Positions 59,783-64,000 of a stretch of DNA of 64,000 nucleotides are shown one piece after another. Origin of the DNA: Rebecca billardiae RCC1528 (lineage: Eukaryota > Protista > Haptophyta); NCBI GenBank assembly GCA_965240325.2, contig OZ251229.1, positions 1,550,001 through 1,614,000 on the forward strand, in the 5' to 3' direction. The notes beneath the pieces are model-generated. The model was not told where the DNA came from, ran no database searches, and saw only the letters and a program-made list of their open reading frames with translations. Each line of letters opens with the position of its first letter. The first letter of the stretch is position 1. Both the position numbers and the translations under genes were made by a program.

Positions 59783-60708
59783 ATGCTCGCCACTCTCCGG
59801 GTCCGCGCGGGCTCTGCTCGCTCTATTGCTACACGCCTCCCGTTCCGCAAGCACACCTGCGCCACCCTCACGACCAAGCGCTATCTATCGTCGACTTCCG
59901 CCGGCACTGATGAGCCAGATCGAGGCATCCCCACACCACCCACCCCGCTGTCGATCGATGGCCTGCTCTACGCGTCAGATGCGGTGCGCATCCGCCAGGT
60001 GCTGGAGAAAGAGACGCGAGACACGATCTCATGGAGCGAGTTCATGGGCGTGGTCGACTCGCTCGGGATCCCGAGTCAGCGCGGCTCACACATCGCAGAG
60101 GACCTGCAGCACACAGGCATCATTCTCTTCACAGAGGCGGGCGTCTGCTTGCGCCCGGCAAGCTTGCTGAGTGCCATCACATCGCCGCCGCCGGGGGCAT
60201 TCACACCCGCCATAGCCCCGCGGCGCGCGGCCACCCCCAGGCGCGCAGTCGCTGAGCTGGACACGAAGGCGCGCACGTCTGCACAGCGCGTGTTCGTGGG
60301 CGGCGGCGTGCTGCTGACGCTGCAGAACCTCGTCCTCTTCCGCCTGACTTACTGGGAGCTTGGCTGGGACGCCGTGGAGCCCATGACGTACTTTGCGAAT
60401 GCGGCCGGCGTGCTGGCATGGTGTGCGCCGCTGCTCGTGGCCGCGCGACACGACGTCGTCCCCTGACCACCGCGCGCGGGCCCCGCCGCGCGCAAATCGC
60501 TGCCCGCAGGTACTGGTTCTTCGTGGCAGCGAACTCCGAGGCGTGCTACCTGCGCGCCTTTGACCTTGTCTACCAGAGGCAGCGCGCTAGGCTGTACAAG
60601 ATGGCAGGCTTCGTCACCGCAGACGATGAATCGCCTGTGTCAGCAGCGGGCCCAGGGGCGGCGCGTCAAAAGCAGTCGCCATCATCCGATGCCGATGCGA
60701 CAACGTAA
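59783..60708 (+). CDS. MCU: Mitochondrial calcium uniporter pore subunit
   Basis: Arg-rich mitochondrial-type leader; FRLTYWELGWDAVEPMTYF (WDxxEP filter) between two TM helices; intron 60421-60509. Confidence 0.9.
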
Positions 60709-61505
60709 CTCGTCGGAATACAAGCTAGGCTCCGGCTTCGGTTGAACCCCCTAAGTCCGGACATTGGGGGGTAACATCTTCATCATCTTGCTGACTACAT
60801 CATCTTGACACGGAAATCGGGCGGGATCGCCGCCTGCTCCGAGTGATGACATAATATATCCGCGTTATATTAATATTCCGTACTCACTACTCAGGCTCAG
60901 CCGAGGACGTACTACAGTACGTCTTAGTCTATGTATGTCACTCATAGTACTCATACTCTGACTGTGCGGCCCTCGCAGCCCCTGGCTCGCAGCTCGCTGC
61001 CGCTAAGGAGCAGTAAAGTCTGCAGGCTGTTCCGAGTGTTCACGACTCAGTAGTGTGACTGTGACTCACGGCTCTTATTAAATCACAATTGGACAATCAC
61101 AATGCTACCTGGCCTACTGCTGCTCGTCGAGTCGTCGGTCGAGTAGAGCTCTATACAGCTATACTTATTATCCCGACTCGGGCGGACTGCTGAAGCTGAC
61201 GTACCGTTGAGACCCATGACACGCGGGCCATGACCGAATACTACTACTATATGTATATATGCCATACTGGCGGAGCTGATCACTCATCACTGCAGCTGCC
61301 CAGTGCTCTCGTACGGACCAGTCCCCACTCTGATCAAGGGCCAGGGGGTTCAACGTCAATATCAAGTCTGATGATTTGGGCCACTGCCACTGGCCCACTT
61401 TGACAACTCTTGGTCCAGTGCCATAAGCATTATTAGCAGGCGGTCACCCCGCACGATGATGACGTACGATAGATATTGAACAGCTAGCAGTTAGTCTGTG
61501 TGACT

Positions 61506-61730
61506 GAGACGCGCAACACGACAGCTCTCAGGCGCAGGCGAGTTAATAAACTGACTCAGCGTAGACTATCTCGCCTGCCTGAGCTGTGTGCGTCTCTTAT
61601 TCTTAGTAAACTGTAGCGCGCTAGCTAGTGGCATTGTCGTAGTTCCGAGCGCCGGCGGACCGGACCGCAGTAAGTAGTTAGTACTAATAATAAGAGACGC
61701 ACACAGCTCAGGCAGGCGAGATTGACGCCC
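61506..61730. repeat. Cluster of three CAGTTTACT-family TIR copies (decayed left, intact right, decayed left)
   Basis: 61506-61542, 61569-61613, 61681-61730. Confidence 0.75.
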
Positions 61731-61854
61731 ACACGGTCAAACTCAGTAGACAGTACTCGGCCCCGTCGGGCGGCCGCAGGGCCGCAGGCCGCCGCCGGTG
61801 CCCGGACGCCCCGGTCCGGCGCCCGGACCGCATGCTGCGCTGCTGCTAGTCGGA

Positions 61855-62429
61855 GCGTTGCGCCAGCTGGACAAACGCGAAGGACCCAAGACCCAGGATC
61901 CTTGGACTTGTGGAGGGTCCTGGCGAGACCTGCACTCGGATCGGGGCCCTCTCTCGCTGTGCCGCTTTCGGCGCACGCCCGGCCGCGCGGCGGGCGACGT
62001 GTGCGCACGCCGTGCAGCTCGCGGCGCGTGCGCATTGGCTAGCTGGCACACGTCTCCCGACGCACAAGGCAAATGACCGCAGCTGGGATGCTCTTTCGCG
62101 CCGCAAGAACGCGTGCGAGGCCGGTCGCCGCGGCCGAGCGGCGTGGCCGTGCCGCCTGCACGCTGGGCGCCCATGGACGTGGCTTCGCCGCGCGCGCTGA
62201 GGCCGGCGAGCGTCGCGACCGACTTCCACGACGCGTGCGACGCGCCATCTGCCCGCTTCCTTGCCTGTGACGCACGTCTTCTGCGGGAAATGGCGACTCC
62301 GCGCCCATGCGGCGGCGAAGCCGCCATCCGCCGCGCTTTGCCGTTGGACAATGGACAGCGCGGAACATTTCTTTTTGAAAAGCGCCGATCTGAAAAGACC
62401 GGAAGGCGTTTGTCCAGCTGGCGCAACGC
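61855..62429. mobile_element. MITE-like element with 24-bp perfect inverted repeats
   Basis: gcgttgcgccagctggacaaacgc (61855-61878) is inverted at 62406-62429; the internal 62173-62272 block recurs, diverged, at 41409-41508. Confidence 0.6.
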
Positions 62430-62539
62430 CCCTGAGTGGTCTGCCTCGGCAGACCTGCGTGACGAATGAATTCGTCTCGGTCGTCACTCGTCACTGTCAG
62501 CATCAGCCAGATCAGCTTGTCGATCTCAGAGAATCGTCG

Positions 62540-63963
62540 TCATCTGTGCGCCCGGCTCGGACCGTTGGCGGCAGAAGTGGCGGCAGCGCTCACCTGCCGC
62601 GCTGGATGTGGCCCCAAGCCTCCGCCGCCGGGTTGGCGTGGGACAGCAGGGCTGCCACGCACCGCACCGCCGCCGTGCGCCGCGCCGCTGCCCGCGCCGC
62701 AGCTCCCGGTCGCGTTGGATAGCGAGCGCTGAAGCTCAGCGTGCTCTGCTCGCTTCTGCTGCTCGCGCGCCGCTTTCTCCTGCCGCTGCCGCGCGAGCTC
62801 AGCCTCGAGCTCGAGCTCCCACTGCCTGCGCTTGCTGTCGCGGTCCGCGAGGAGCACGCTGGCGTGGGCGCTCTCGCCGCCCCCGGCCTGGTGCGGGCCG
62901 TGGCCGTGCGCCTCGGCAGGCGGTGGCAGCCACGCGCCCTCGACGGCAAAGGGCTGCTGCCTCGCGCCCGCGCGGTGCGCCTGCCACTGCTGCGGCGGTG
63001 CGTGCGCATAGCCCCCTGCTGGAGGAGGCCCGTGCTGCTGGCTCTGTGCCAGGTGCGCATGGCCGGCCTGTGGCTGCAGCTGCGGCGAGTAACCGACGGG
63101 CGCGGCGGCGCCGCCGCCGCCGAGGAACGCATCGCGCGCCGCCGCCGCGCGGCGAGGCGTGTACGCGTCGCCGCCGTCTGCGCCCCCGCCCCCGCCGACG
63201 CCTCCCAGCTGCAGGCCCAGTTGGCGCGAGCCGAGGTGCGGCTGGTGGCCGGGGGGCGCGTGCGCGCTCGCGTCTGCAGCCGCGCCGACGCCCGCGCCCG
63301 CGCCCGCGCGCGGCGCGTGCACGGATAGGTGCAGCGCGGGCACCGAGCTCGCCGGCGGCACGCCGGCCTTTGCGGGGACCACAGGGACGCGCACGCCGCC
63401 GGGCGCTGCATCTTGTGCGCGCGTGAGCAGCACCGTGCCTGCGGACTGGCTCGTCGTCTTCGAGACGAGCGCGGTCCGCCCCCCGCTGCCGCCGGCCCAC
63501 GAGTCCTGCCCGCCGTCGAGCAGCCGCGCCGACGACTCGTACGCCACCAGCCTCGGCTCACGCCCCGGCGCCGACGGTGGGCGCACCAGCTGTTGGACCG
63601 GTCCGGCCGGCAGCGCGCCCTCGGTGACTGTGAGCCACTCGTGGGTGAGCAGCTGCAGCGCGCTTGGCCGCTCCTTCGGGTTGCGCCGGAGGCACTGCTC
63701 GAGGAAGCTCTTGCCCTGCGCGCGCGCACGGGGGCACGCGCACACACCGCGCCGCAGCGCGTGAGGCTGCGCTCGCCCTCGCGGCCGCCCGCCGGCACCC
63801 CGCCGCGGCGCGAGCGCCGCCAGCCCGCGCCACCGCGCTCTCACGCGCGCGCGCGCGCGTACCATCGGTGAGAGGCAGTCTGGCAGCGGCGGCGGCGTCT
63901 TTGCAGACGCGATGTGGAAGAGCGCGGAGATCTGCGAGTTGAAGTGCGACCAGGGCGGCTTGC
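62540..63963 (-). CDS. MAP3K (STE11/NPK1-like) kinase, 3' part only
   Basis: GKPPWSHFNSQISALFHIA...PPPLPDCLS, then FLEQCLRRNPKERPSALQLLTHEW; intron 63716-63862; C-terminal coiled coil; the gene continues beyond the window. Confidence 0.85.
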
Positions 63964-64000
63964 CTGCGCGCCGCGCGCGGGCGGGCACACGCGTGGCGCA

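Overview
Very GC-rich eukaryotic nuclear DNA with short, CG-repeat-rich GT-AG introns. Bipartite-looking plastid leaders and a GT29 gene suggest a secondary-plastid alga, most plausibly a haptophyte of the Pavlova/Diacronema type (inference). Two compartments are visible. (1) Compact housekeeping blocks: TMF1-like golgin, ABC1 kinase, short 2Fe-2S protein, NEK kinase, F-box protein, SWIM-RING E3, signal-anchored TTL-family ligase, polyQ/C2H2 protein, degenerate HIBCH-like protein, CAND1, MCU and the 3' part of a MAP3K. (2) A repeat-dense island at about 7-34 kb holding four intronless glycan-modifying genes (one GT29 sialyltransferase-like, three unrelated sulfotransferases) interleaved with nested mobile DNA. 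That DNA includes a TTAA-flanked element, a head-to-tail dimer fused at an ACCGCG core, and a long-TIR cargo element with a central 116-bp palindrome, whose left TIR carries a young gag/protease-less Copia deleted at a tRNA-Ala-like PBS. The most notable signals are the TE-embedded glyco-modification island, a pervasive small-duplication signature in repeat DNA, TATG...CATA-bounded cargo elements, and introns with mutually complementary ends. All calls come from motif recognition and manual alignment; no searches were run.
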